Part shown: piece after piece, positions 55,310 to 64,000 of the stretch
Numbering within the stretch: the first letter of the stretch is position 1
How the letters are laid out: every line of letters starts with the position of its first letter
Program-made: the position numbers and the translations under genes
Assembly (NCBI GenBank): GCA_016207165.1
Contig: JACQQD010000001.1
Span: forward strand, 64,001-128,000
Reading direction: 5' to 3'
Source of the DNA: Candidatus Micrarchaeota archaeon
GTDB taxonomy: Archaea > Micrarchaeota > Micrarchaeia > Norongarragalinales > Norongarragalinaceae
Length of the DNA stretch: 64,000 nucleotides
Notes under the pieces: model-generated
Databases searched by the model: none
What the model was told of the DNA's origin: nothing
The model's input: the letters and a program-made list of their open reading frames with translations, nothing else

Positions 55310-57217
55310 ATGAGCCTGGACGTCAGCCAATTGCCCGTCATTGCGTTGGGCGTCATTACGTTAGTCGCTCTTCTGGTCGGCGTCTTGTTCACGCGCCTGG
55401 GCTTGTCATCGTCGTTGGGCTACATTTTCTCCGGCATTTTTTTGGGGCCCATGGCCTTGGGCTTCATGGTGCCGGGCGAGCCCATCACGCTTTTGTTTGG
55501 CGAGATCGGCGTTTTGATGCTCTTGTTTTACTTGGGCTTGGAGTTGAGCATCGAGAAATTCAAGAAGAACGGCGTGGTGGCGCTGATTTTGGCGTCCGTG
55601 GAAATGGCGACGGCGTTTGTGGCGGGCTTTGCGGTCGCCAAGTTCTTCGGTTTCGGGGATGTGGAGGCCATCGTGGTCGGTTCGCTTTTGCCGGCCACGT
55701 CCACCGTGATCGCGCTGAAATTCATGCTGGAGAAAAAGATTTTGGACCGCTTCGAATCGCAGATTGCCGTGAGCGCCTTGATCATTGAGGACTTCTTCGC
55801 GATTTTGGTCCTGGTTCTTCTGACCAGTTTTTCGGCGGCCACGTCGTTTAACTTCCTGGTTTTAAACGGCTTGTTTTTCGTGGTGGCCATGTTCGTCGTG
55901 GTGCGGCGCTTCTCCCCGTTGGCGTTATCCTACTTGGCCCAAATCGGCCACGAGGACAAGATGGCGTTGTATGCCGTGGGCGTGGGCATCGTGGTGGGCT
56001 ACTTCGGGCAGCTTTTGGGCCTCTCGCCGGCGTTGGGCGCGTATTTTGCCGGGTTTGCGCTGGCGGAGTCCAAGTACGGCGTGCGCATCAAGCGGGAACT
56101 GGGCCTGTTTCGCGAATTTTTCATCCTGTTTTTCTTCGTCTCGTTTGGCGCCACCGTGATCTTTCCGGCGTCCATCACCCTCTACGCGCTTTTGGCGTGC
56201 TTGTTGGTCGCCTACTTGGTGGCCAAGATTCTCGCGTACGGCGTTTTCGGGTCCGCCATTGGGTTGAACACGAAGTCGGCGATCACCACGGGCATGCTCA
56301 TGCTTTCCATCGGCGAGTTCTCCATCATCATTGCCGCCGCCGCGGCCCCCCTGGTGTCCAATCCCGCGGACATCACGGCGTTGGCGTTTCTGTTGACGAT
56401 CACCACTGGCTTTTTGGCGCCGGTGTGCTTTGCGCGCAGCGACCGGATCGCGGACGCGTTTCTCCGCGTCTACCCCAAACGCATCCGGAATGCGTTGTCG
56501 GTGGTGGGCCAGGAAATGCATGCCGTGGAGGCGTTCTCCAAGGCGTTTGAAAAGCCGTTCTGGCGATCGGTGCAGAACCTGTTGGCGAATTTTGTTATCG
56601 CGTTGGCCGTGGTCTACGTGGCCGCGCTTCTCAATACGTACTTCATCTTTCCGGCGTTTCCCGATCTTCCTTCTTCCGCCACCCTGGCGGTGTTGGTGTT
56701 GCCCTTCATCGTGTGGCCGATTTACCGGTCGCTGCAGGAACTGAAATTCCTCGTCGAAACCTTGGTGCGGCACCTGGTTCACCCCGTTTTGGTGGAGCGC
56801 GCATCGGAGTTGTTTGTCGGAACGTTTTTGGCGCTCTCCAGCCTCTTCGTAGCCGCGTGGCTGTACTTCCAGAAGACGCCGCCGCTGTTCATCCTGCTTC
56901 CCGGCGTCTACTTCGTTCTGGCTTTGGTGTTTCTTTCGCGGGCCGTGTGGTCGTTTTTCGACCGGTTGGAATCCGTGGCTTCTTTGGCCGGCGGCGCGGA
57001 CGCGTCCACCCGGCGTTTGGCCAACGCGTTTGACGCGGAAGGCTTGGCCTTGGACCGGTTGAATGACCTGCGGGTCGTGTCCAAGGACAAGATATCCAGC
57101 GCGCTTCGGTCCGGCAAGCCTGGCTTGGCCCGCAAGCGGTTGTCGGATTTCCAAAAAGACCGGTCCCGGTTGCTCCGACCCGCTTCTTTCCGCCGGAGCC
57201 GAAAGCCCCGCCGCTGA
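55310..57217 (+). CDS. CPA2 cation:proton antiporter
   Basis: Multi-TM; EIGVLMLLFYLGLE, TST, IIED, GEFS. Confidence 0.9.
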   Translation: MSLDVSQLPVIALGVITLVALLVGVLFTRLGLSSSLGYIFSGIFLGPMALGFMVPGEPITLLFGEIGVLMLLFYLGLELSIEKFKKNGVVALILASVEMATAFVAGFAVAKFFGFGDVEAIVVGSLLPATSTVIALKFMLEKKILDRFESQIAVSALIIEDFFAILVLVLLTSFSAATSFNFLVLNGLFFVVAMFVVVRRFSPLALSYLAQIGHEDKMALYAVGVGIVVGYFGQLLGLSPALGAYFAGFALAESKYGVRIKRELGLFREFFILFFFVSFGATVIFPASITLYALLACLLVAYLVAKILAYGVFGSAIGLNTKSAITTGMLMLSIGEFSIIIAAAAAPLVSNPADITALAFLLTITTGFLAPVCFARSDRIADAFLRVYPKRIRNALSVVGQEMHAVEAFSKAFEKPFWRSVQNLLANFVIALAVVYVAALLNTYFIFPAFPDLPSSATLAVLVLPFIVWPIYRSLQELKFLVETLVRHLVHPVLVERASELFVGTFLALSSLFVAAWLYFQKTPPLFILLPGVYFVLALVFLSRAVWSFFDRLESVASLAGGADASTRRLANAFDAEGLALDRLNDLRVVSKDKISSALRSGKPGLARKRLSDFQKDRSRLLRPASFRRSRKPRR

Positions 57218-57274
57218 CCCCCGCGTTTCCAACCCGCTTCCGGATGCCTGGCGAGTTCGTCGTTAGACGTAAAA

Positions 57275-57322
57275 ACACTATGGGTGGTGGTTGACTGTTG
57301 TTTTTGATACCATATCTGGGCA
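57275..57322. promoter_or_regulatory. tandem NrdR boxes
   Basis: acaCTATGGGTGGtgg (57275) and ataCCATATCTGGgca (57307), 32 bp apart, next to TTTATA at about 57330. Confidence 0.65.
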
Positions 57323-57423
57323 ATACTTATTTATAGGGGTCAACCGAAATGAACCGGGGCAGTCCGTTTGGGTAGCGGGTGGCCATGCCCTTTCGGGATC
57401 GTTTTCCAGGTGGTGTTTTTTTG

Positions 57424-60279
57424 ATGGAGGCTTCCAAACTTCTCATTTCCAAGCGCAACGGCGACGTAGTCGCCTTCGATTCGGCGCGCATCGAGAACGC
57501 GATTACCAAGGCCGTCATTGCCAGCTCCAGTGACGTGCCCGCGGCGCAGGTTCAAGAGCTCACGCGCGAGATTGTGGGGGAGGTCCGGGAGCGCTTCGTC
57601 GACTTTTTCCCGAACGTGGAAAACATCCAGGACATCGTGGAGAAGCACCTCGTCAAATCCGGCCTTTACGAGGTCGCCAAGTCGTACATTTTGTACCGGG
57701 CCAAGCGCCAGAAAGAGCGTGAGGAAGAACGAAGGAAAAACATCGAAAAGACGTTGTTGGGCAAGCTGACCGTCCAGAAGCGGGACGGGCGGCTGGTATT
57801 GTTTGATTTCCGCAAGTTCAAGGAGGCCGTGGCGCGTCACGCGCGGGATCTGGAGGGCGTGGACGTGGACAAGGTCTGCCACGAGGCCATCAAGAACATT
57901 TACGATGGCGTGCCCACCCAGGAAATCGAGCGGGCCTTGGTGTTGGCGTGCATTTCGTTCATCGAGAAGGACCCGGCCTACGATTACCTGTCCGCGCGCG
58001 TGTTTTTGCAGAAGCTTTACAAGGAAGTCATTGGCCTGTCGGTCACCGAAGGCGTGCTGGAGGCCGGTTACCGCGACGCGTTCGTCCGCGGGATCCGGGA
58101 CGGCGTGTCCCGGGGCCTGTTTGACCCCCGCATGGCGGAATTTGATTTGAAGAAGATGGCGCAGGGCCTTATCGTCGAGCGCGATGGCCTGTTCAAGTAC
58201 ATGGGCATCCAGACGCTGTACGACCGCTATTTTGCGAAGTGGGAAAACCAGCGGCGCGAGTTGCCTCAAGCGTTTTGGATGCGCGTGGCCATGGGTTTGG
58301 CGTTGGAAGAGGAAAACCGTGAGGAAAAGGCGTTGGGGTTCTACGAATTGCTGTCGTCCATGCGCTTCGTCTCGTCCACGCCGACGCTGTTTCACGCCGG
58401 TACCCTGCACCCCCAGCTTTCCTCGTGTTACTTGACGACGGTGGAGGATGATTTGACGCACATTTTCAAGTGCATCGGCGACAACGCCCAACTTTCAAAA
58501 TGGTCCGGGGGCTTGGGCAACGACTGGACGAACGTCCGCGCCACGGGCGCCTGGATCAAGTCCACGGGCGTGGAGAGCCAGGGCGTGGTGCCGTTTCTGA
58601 AGATCGCCAACGACGTGACGGTGGCGATCAACCGTTCCGGGAAACGCCGGGGGGCCACATGCGCGTATTTGGAGACGTGGCACTTGGACATCGAGGACTT
58701 CCTGGATTTGCGGAAGAACACCGGAGATGACCGCCGGCGCACGCACGACATGAATACGGCGAACTGGATTCCCGATCTTTTCATGCAACGCGTTTTAAGC
58801 GATGGGTCCTGGACGCTGTTCACGCCCAACGAGGTGCCGGAATTGCATCACGTGTTTGGCGACGCGTTCAAGAAGAAATACGAGGAATGCGAACTGAAAG
58901 CGCGCGAGGGAAAAATCCGTAAATTCAAGGTGGTCTCGGCGCAAAAGCTGTGGCGCCGCATGCTGTCGAGTTTGTTTGAGACGGGTCACCCGTGGGTCAC
59001 GTTCAAGGATCCCTGCAACATTCGTTCCCCTCAGGACCACGTGGGCGTCGTGCACTCGTCGAACCTCTGCACGGAAATCACGTTGAACACGTCCTCGGAG
59101 GAGACGGCCGTGTGCAACCTGGGTTCCGTCAACTTGGAGCGGCACGTGATTGACGGGCGACTGGACGAGGACCTTTTAGCGGAGACGGTCCACACGGCGA
59201 TTCGCATGCTGGACAACGTCATCGACATCAACTTTTATCCCACCACCGAGGCCAAAACGTCCAACGTGCGCCACCGGCCCATTGGTTTAGGCATCATGGG
59301 CTTTCAGGACGCCTTGTTCAAGTTGGACTTGGCGTTCGAGTCCAAGGGCGCCTTGGAGTTTTCCGGCCGCAGCATGGAGTTTGTTTCTTTCCATGCGATT
59401 TTGGCGTCGTCCCGTCTGGCCCAGGAACGGGGCCCGTATGAGTCCTACCGGGGTTCCAAGTGGGACCGAGGCCTCATGCCTTTGGACACGTTGGACCTCT
59501 TGGAAAAAGAGCGCGGCATGAGGGTGGACGTTTCGCGGCACGCTTCCATGGATTGGACGCCGGTGCGCGAGCACGTGAAGCGACACGGCATGCGCAACTC
59601 CAATACCATGGCCATTGCGCCAACGGCCACGATTTCCAACGTTTCGGGGTGTTTTCCGTCCATCGAACCGATTTACAAGAACTTGTACGTCAAGGCCAAC
59701 ATTTCCGGCGAGTTCACCGTCGTCAACGCGTACCTGGTGGAGGACCTCAAGAAACTCGGGCTTTGGGACCAGGAAATGCTGGACCAACTCAAGTACTACG
59801 ACGGCAGCGTACAAAGCCTTGCGCGCGTGCCGGACCCGCTCAAGGCCAAGTACAAGGAGGCCTTTGAAGTCGATCCGGAGTTCATGATCAAAATGGCGGC
59901 GGAACGCGGCAAGTGGATTGACCAAAGCCAGTCGCTCAACGTGTTTCTCAAGGGCACGTCCGGAAAGCAGTTGTCCGACGTGTACCTGGCGGCGTGGCGC
60001 ATGGGTTTGAAGACCACGTATTACTTGCGGACACTGGCCGCCTCGCAAATCGAGAAGTCGACTCTGGACGCGTCCAAGTTTGGCTTCACCCAGAAGCGCG
60101 AGTACGCGGAAGTGCCGGAACAACCAGACGCCAAGGCGTTCACTGTCCAAGCCGGGCCGGAGGCAGACCGTGCCGTGGTTCACGCCGTAACGCCGCCTCT
60201 GAAGTCCCTGATGCCGGCGTCGGATGCCGCACCCAAGACGTGTTCGATTCTGGACCCGGATTGCGAGGCCTGCCAGTAA
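57424..60279 (+). CDS. nrdA: class I ribonucleotide reductase alpha subunit with two ATP-cones
   Basis: KRNG and KRDG cones, STPTL, LSSCY, SNLCTEI, APTATIS, KTTYY, C-terminal CEAC. Confidence 0.97.
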   Translation: MEASKLLISKRNGDVVAFDSARIENAITKAVIASSSDVPAAQVQELTREIVGEVRERFVDFFPNVENIQDIVEKHLVKSGLYEVAKSYILYRAKRQKEREEERRKNIEKTLLGKLTVQKRDGRLVLFDFRKFKEAVARHARDLEGVDVDKVCHEAIKNIYDGVPTQEIERALVLACISFIEKDPAYDYLSARVFLQKLYKEVIGLSVTEGVLEAGYRDAFVRGIRDGVSRGLFDPRMAEFDLKKMAQGLIVERDGLFKYMGIQTLYDRYFAKWENQRRELPQAFWMRVAMGLALEEENREEKALGFYELLSSMRFVSSTPTLFHAGTLHPQLSSCYLTTVEDDLTHIFKCIGDNAQLSKWSGGLGNDWTNVRATGAWIKSTGVESQGVVPFLKIANDVTVAINRSGKRRGATCAYLETWHLDIEDFLDLRKNTGDDRRRTHDMNTANWIPDLFMQRVLSDGSWTLFTPNEVPELHHVFGDAFKKKYEECELKAREGKIRKFKVVSAQKLWRRMLSSLFETGHPWVTFKDPCNIRSPQDHVGVVHSSNLCTEITLNTSSEETAVCNLGSVNLERHVIDGRLDEDLLAETVHTAIRMLDNVIDINFYPTTEAKTSNVRHRPIGLGIMGFQDALFKLDLAFESKGALEFSGRSMEFVSFHAILASSRLAQERGPYESYRGSKWDRGLMPLDTLDLLEKERGMRVDVSRHASMDWTPVREHVKRHGMRNSNTMAIAPTATISNVSGCFPSIEPIYKNLYVKANISGEFTVVNAYLVEDLKKLGLWDQEMLDQLKYYDGSVQSLARVPDPLKAKYKEAFEVDPEFMIKMAAERGKWIDQSQSLNVFLKGTSGKQLSDVYLAAWRMGLKTTYYLRTLAASQIEKSTLDASKFGFTQKREYAEVPEQPDAKAFTVQAGPEADRAVVHAVTPPLKSLMPASDAAPKTCSILDPDCEACQ

Positions 60280-60410
60280 GGTGAATTGTCATGAGCATCA
60301 TCAACAATCCCAGGACCGCGGGAGGCTCCGCCTCCCCCAGTCCCATGGTCCCCCTGACCCCTCCGACTCAAGGTGAATTGACATGAGCATCATTAACAAT
60401 CCCAAAACCG
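60278..60410 (+). repeat. about 40-bp direct repeat of the nrdB RBS and start, flanking a hairpin
   Basis: AAGGTGAATTG[T/A]CATGAGCATCAT[C/T]AACAATCCCA..ACCG at 60278 and 60370. Confidence 0.9.
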
Positions 60411-61378
60411 ATCCGAACAAGATTCTGCCCATGAAGTACTTGTGGGCGCGCGAGCACTACAAAAGCGGTGTGGCGAACAACTGGGTGCCGGAGGAAGTCT
60501 CCATGCAGAAAGACGTGGAGCAGTGGAAGGATCCAAGCGTCTTGTCGGAAACGGAGCGCCGCATGATTTTGTGGAACCTCGGCTTTTTCTCGACGGCGGA
60601 GTCCCTCACGGCCAACAACATCGTTTTGGCGGTGTACAACCACGTGACGAACCCCGAATGCCGCCAGTACTTGTTGAGGCAGGCGTACGAGGAGGCCGTG
60701 CACACCGACACGTTCATTTACTGCTGTGATACGCTGGGCTTGGATCCCGAGGAAATCTACAACATGTACAAGACCATTCCGTCCATCAAGAAGAAAGACG
60801 ACTTCGTCGTTGACCTGACCAAATCGATTTTCGACCCGCACTTTACCACGGAAGGCACGCAGAACATTCAGGCTTTTTTGCGGGACTTGGTGGGTTTCTA
60901 CGTCATCATGGAGGGCATCTTCTTTTACGCGGGCTTCGCCATGATGTTGGCGCTCAAGCGGCAGAACAAGATGGTGGGCGTGGGCGAGCAGTTCGAGTAC
61001 ATCATGCGGGACGAGAGCCTGCACTTGGCGTTTGGCTGTGACTTGATCAACCAGATCAAGGCGGAATTTCCCCAGGCGTGGACGCAGGAGTTCCAGGACG
61101 AAATCGTTGACTTGGTCAAAAAATCCGTGGTCTTGGAGCAGACGTACGCCGACGACGCGTGTCCGCAAGGGCTTTTGGGCATCAATTCCAAGGAATTCAA
61201 GAAATACGTTGAGTACATTGCGGACCGGCGGCTGTTGAGACTGGACTTGCCGAAGGTCTACAACCGGGAAAACCCGTTTCCCTGGATGAGCACGGCGACC
61301 GACTTGAACAAGGAAAAGAATTTCTTCGAGACGCGGGTCACGGAGTACCAGACCGCCGGATCGCTTGAATGGGATTGA
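60383..61378 (+). CDS. nrdB: ribonucleotide reductase beta subunit, class Ic-type (R2c)
   Basis: FSTAES, EEAVHTDTF, MEGIFFY, RDESLH, NFFETRVTEY. Confidence 0.95.
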   Translation: MSIINNPKTDPNKILPMKYLWAREHYKSGVANNWVPEEVSMQKDVEQWKDPSVLSETERRMILWNLGFFSTAESLTANNIVLAVYNHVTNPECRQYLLRQAYEEAVHTDTFIYCCDTLGLDPEEIYNMYKTIPSIKKKDDFVVDLTKSIFDPHFTTEGTQNIQAFLRDLVGFYVIMEGIFFYAGFAMMLALKRQNKMVGVGEQFEYIMRDESLHLAFGCDLINQIKAEFPQAWTQEFQDEIVDLVKKSVVLEQTYADDACPQGLLGINSKEFKKYVEYIADRRLLRLDLPKVYNRENPFPWMSTATDLNKEKNFFETRVTEYQTAGSLEWD

Positions 61379-61416
61379 CTTTTAGTTTTTTTCTTTTTTC
61401 CCAGGCGAAAAGCACT

Positions 61417-61968
61417 CTAGCTTTTTTTCTTCTTTTTCGCAAGCGCCGGCTGCCTTTCGGTTTTGTGCGTTTTGTCGTGGGAGTCTTCGTGGAAGACGCG
61501 TCGGCCGGAGAGCTTGAGGTTGGCCCAATTCAACACCACGAACGTGACGAAGTACGACGCCATGGCGTGCACGCTGGTCCAGCCGTTGGCGTACGTCAAC
61601 AACTTGTAATCCAAGAGCAGGCCTTCAATGCCGACGCCGACCATGGCCAGCAACAGCGACGTGGACACGACGTACAAGGCGTCGGCGCGGGGCTGCATGA
61701 TGAGGTGGTAGGCCATGCCGGCCAGAATCGCGATGAAGACGACTTGGATGGGAACCGCCCACAGGAACAGGGGGCTTCCAAAGGAAGTCCAGAGCCCGGC
61801 TTGTGCGCCGAAGTTTTCGAACACGAAGTCAGCCAGCGCCAGAAACAATCCGAGGAGAATCGCTTTTTTCAGGGTTTCCGCATTGGGGCGGAGGTAGGCG
61901 ATGATTGTGGCGAGGAGGCCGACTCCCAACGCAAAAAGGTACGTCCACAACGTGATTTCGACGAGCAT
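61417..61968 (-). CDS. multi-TM membrane protein
   Basis: About five hydrophobic segments. Confidence 0.75.
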   Translation of the reverse strand: MLVEITLWTYLFALGVGLLATIIAYLRPNAETLKKAILLGLFLALADFVFENFGAQAGLWTSFGSPLFLWAVPIQVVFIAILAGMAYHLIMQPRADALYVVSTSLLLAMVGVGIEGLLLDYKLLTYANGWTSVHAMASYFVTFVVLNWANLKLSGRRVFHEDSHDKTHKTERQPALAKKKKKS

Positions 61969-62002
61969 GGAAGGCTTACGCGGACTTGGTTTTTAAACCA
62001 TT

Positions 62003-62530
62003 TCAATTGACGTTGATGGTCAGCGTTCCTTTCAGCACGCCGGAGGTCGGCCAGTAATTCGAGATTTTGACTTGGCCTTGCGGCGTGAATTCCACTGTCT
62101 TGGTCTCGCCCACGGCAAAGCGGACGGTTTCAAATGCGTCGCTTTTGACGTCGCCTCCGGCAAAGTAGACGTTGGTGTCCCGCATCTTGATGGTCAGCTT
62201 CAGTGGCACGCCTTTCTTGACGGTGATTTCTCCGGGGTACCACGCGTTGTCGTCGACTTCCACGTACACTCCGGGTTCCGGCGTGGGCGTCTGAGTCGGC
62301 GTCAACGTGGCGGTGGCGTTTGGTTCACTTGCCACTTCCGTTGGTTCGGATGCCGCTTCTGGGCTCGGCGTTTCTGTGGGCGTGGCCGTCACCGTGGGGG
62401 TTTGGGTGGGCGTGACGTCTTCGTGAAGCACGTCTTGGATCGGCGTGGGGGTGGCTTGCGCGCCTCCGGGTGGTTGCACGCAACCGAACAGGAACACGGA
62501 GGCCAAAAGCAATGCGGCGAGCAACTTCAT
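62003..62530 (-). CDS. lipoprotein with Thr/Pro linker and cupredoxin-like domain
   Basis: Lipobox LFGC; YPGEITVKKG..., VEFTP, KGTLTI; Cu ligands absent. Confidence 0.75.
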   Translation of the reverse strand: MKLLAALLLASVFLFGCVQPPGGAQATPTPIQDVLHEDVTPTQTPTVTATPTETPSPEAASEPTEVASEPNATATLTPTQTPTPEPGVYVEVDDNAWYPGEITVKKGVPLKLTIKMRDTNVYFAGGDVKSDAFETVRFAVGETKTVEFTPQGQVKISNYWPTSGVLKGTLTINVN

Positions 62531-62617
62531 GAATCAATTCACTTGTTGGCCCTATGGGGTTTCGTGGTTTAAGTGGGTTTTGTTTTCAGGATCGCGTGGT
62601 TGATTCGCCTCGGCACG

Positions 62618-63313
62618 TCACGTTTTCTTGATGATGTTGCCCCGTCCCTTCTTGATTTTCCGGATGAGGTTTCGGTCCTCCAATTCCGTCAGTTCCATGG
62701 AGACTTTTGCCTCGCTCCAGTCGTTCAAGGCTTTGCGCAGTTCCTTTTGCGCGCAGCGTCCGTTAAAGGAGTCGATGACTCGCAAGACCTTGTTTTGGTC
62801 GGTTGTCAGGGGCGTGTCAATGGGTTTAGCGGGCGTCAAGCCGGGCTGAATTTTGGTTTCCTGGGGCGCACGGGTTTTGTTCCGGTACATCAGGTACGCC
62901 GCGGCGGCCAAGGCCAAAAGCGTCGCCAAGGCGTAGGCCCACCAAGCCGACGATTCGGTTTGCGTGGATGGATTGGTCGGAACGTCGGATGCGTTAAGGA
63001 CCTCTTCCAACAGTTCCGTGTCGTCGTCCACGTCGCCCAACAATATCAAGTCGATGCGGTAGCTTCCCTCCTGGGCTACGGTCACCATTTTTTCCGCCGA
63101 GGCGTTGGCTTGCCGGGCGGACAGAAGGTACGTGCCCGGCCCGACTTGGAATTCATAGGAGCCGTTGACGGCCACGATTTCCTGCAAAGGCGTCGTGTTC
63201 AAAGTCACCAACGCCTGAGTGCTTGGGTTGAGTGACTCGTCGTAGAGGTTTCCGTACAAGACGGATGCCGAAGCCAATCCGCAGAACGCCAACCAGAAAA
63301 ACCATTGCTTCAT
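62618..63313 (-). CDS. membrane-anchored wHTH protein (signal peptide, extracellular beta domain, TM, wHTH)
   Basis: QKELRK...SEAKVS..LTELEDRNLIRKIKKGRGNII. Confidence 0.85.
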   Translation of the reverse strand: MKQWFFWLAFCGLASASVLYGNLYDESLNPSTQALVTLNTTPLQEIVAVNGSYEFQVGPGTYLLSARQANASAEKMVTVAQEGSYRIDLILLGDVDDDTELLEEVLNASDVPTNPSTQTESSAWWAYALATLLALAAAAYLMYRNKTRAPQETKIQPGLTPAKPIDTPLTTDQNKVLRVIDSFNGRCAQKELRKALNDWSEAKVSMELTELEDRNLIRKIKKGRGNIIKKT

Positions 63314-63524
63314 GCAGAACTTCTTTGGCGCGTGCCGCACTTTTAATCCGTCCGTTTTTGCCAAAACGCAGGCTTCCTGAAGCTTTGCTTGCTTTTTTGA
63401 GACTGGGTAAAGCTTTGCGGACTGGTTTTTTCGAAAGAATGTTTTTATACGCCGAATTCCGCAGGTGTCCGGTTTTAATGAAATGCGGCGTTGGGTGCCG
63501 CGTGAACTTCGAGGTGTTGAAGGT

Positions 63525-64000
63525 ATGAAATGGTTGAACGTGGGTTTGATGGCGTTGTTGTTGATTGGAATGGTGGGCTTGGTGGCTGCCGAGGACACCG
63601 GTGCGTCGGCTGGCGGTTCGGCGGATGCTTCCGTGAACGTCAAGCCATCCGCCCGGCCGTTGGGCGCCAAGGTGGCGGATCGCGTCAATGACGTCGCAGC
63701 CAATGCCCGAGATCGGGTTCAAAACGTCCGGGATAACGTCCAGGACCGCGTTAAGGATGTCCGTGAGAACGTGAGGGAGCGTCTGAACGAAGCGGATGAC
63801 CGAAAAGTTCTTGACCGCCAGCAGGCGTTTCGTGATAAGGTGGTTGACCGACAAAACCGGATTCAAGACGGCCTCCAGGAAAAGTTTGGTGACCGTTTGG
63901 AGCAAGTCCGGGAACAGCGCGCCGAGCGCTTGGACGCGGTGAAAGAGAGAATTGCGGACGCGGAAGGCCGGTTGAAGGAGTTTCGAGCCAAATTGAACTT
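63525..64000 (+). CDS. secreted helical-repeat protein, truncated by the window edge
   Basis: GAGGTG RBS; MKWLNVGLMALLL signal peptide; about 11-aa DRVxxV repeats. Confidence 0.75.
   Translation, partial: MKWLNVGLMALLLIGMVGLVAAEDTGASAGGSADASVNVKPSARPLGAKVADRVNDVAANARDRVQNVRDNVQDRVKDVRENVRERLNEADDRKVLDRQQAFRDKVVDRQNRIQDGLQEKFGDRLEQVREQRAERLDAVKERIADAEGRLKEFRAKLN

Overview
Gene-dense, GC-rich archaeal chromosome segment. It carries archaeal markers (Rpo6, histone, PriS/PriL, DtdA, Taw1, NreA, Lhr, BHB-type tRNA introns) and many short orphan ORFs. A DPANN, possibly Micrarchaeota-like, origin is an inference, not a measured assignment. The main discovery is a compact, apparently complete eukaryote-like ubiquitin system at about 3.3-8.9 kb: a Ub-like modifier ending in GG, a UBC-fold E2, an Rpn11-like JAMM protease, a wHTH plus C4HC3 RING-type E3 candidate and an E1, interleaved with unknown ORFs. 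The second is a tRNA-Phe(GAA) gene that reconstructs only after removing four introns (34622-34819). The third is an 11-bp-periodic array of about 10 repeats between the divergent promoters of nreA and an AAA-wHTH/small ORF/histone cluster. Other points of note are a class Ic-type (Tyr-to-Phe) RNR with bacterial-style NrdR boxes, a chimeric ThrRS, a divergent FHA protein, a protease-less Lon ATPase and a hicA remnant beside tRNA-Val. No CRISPR array, rRNA, transposase or integrase was seen. All calls come from reading motifs by eye; no database searches were run.
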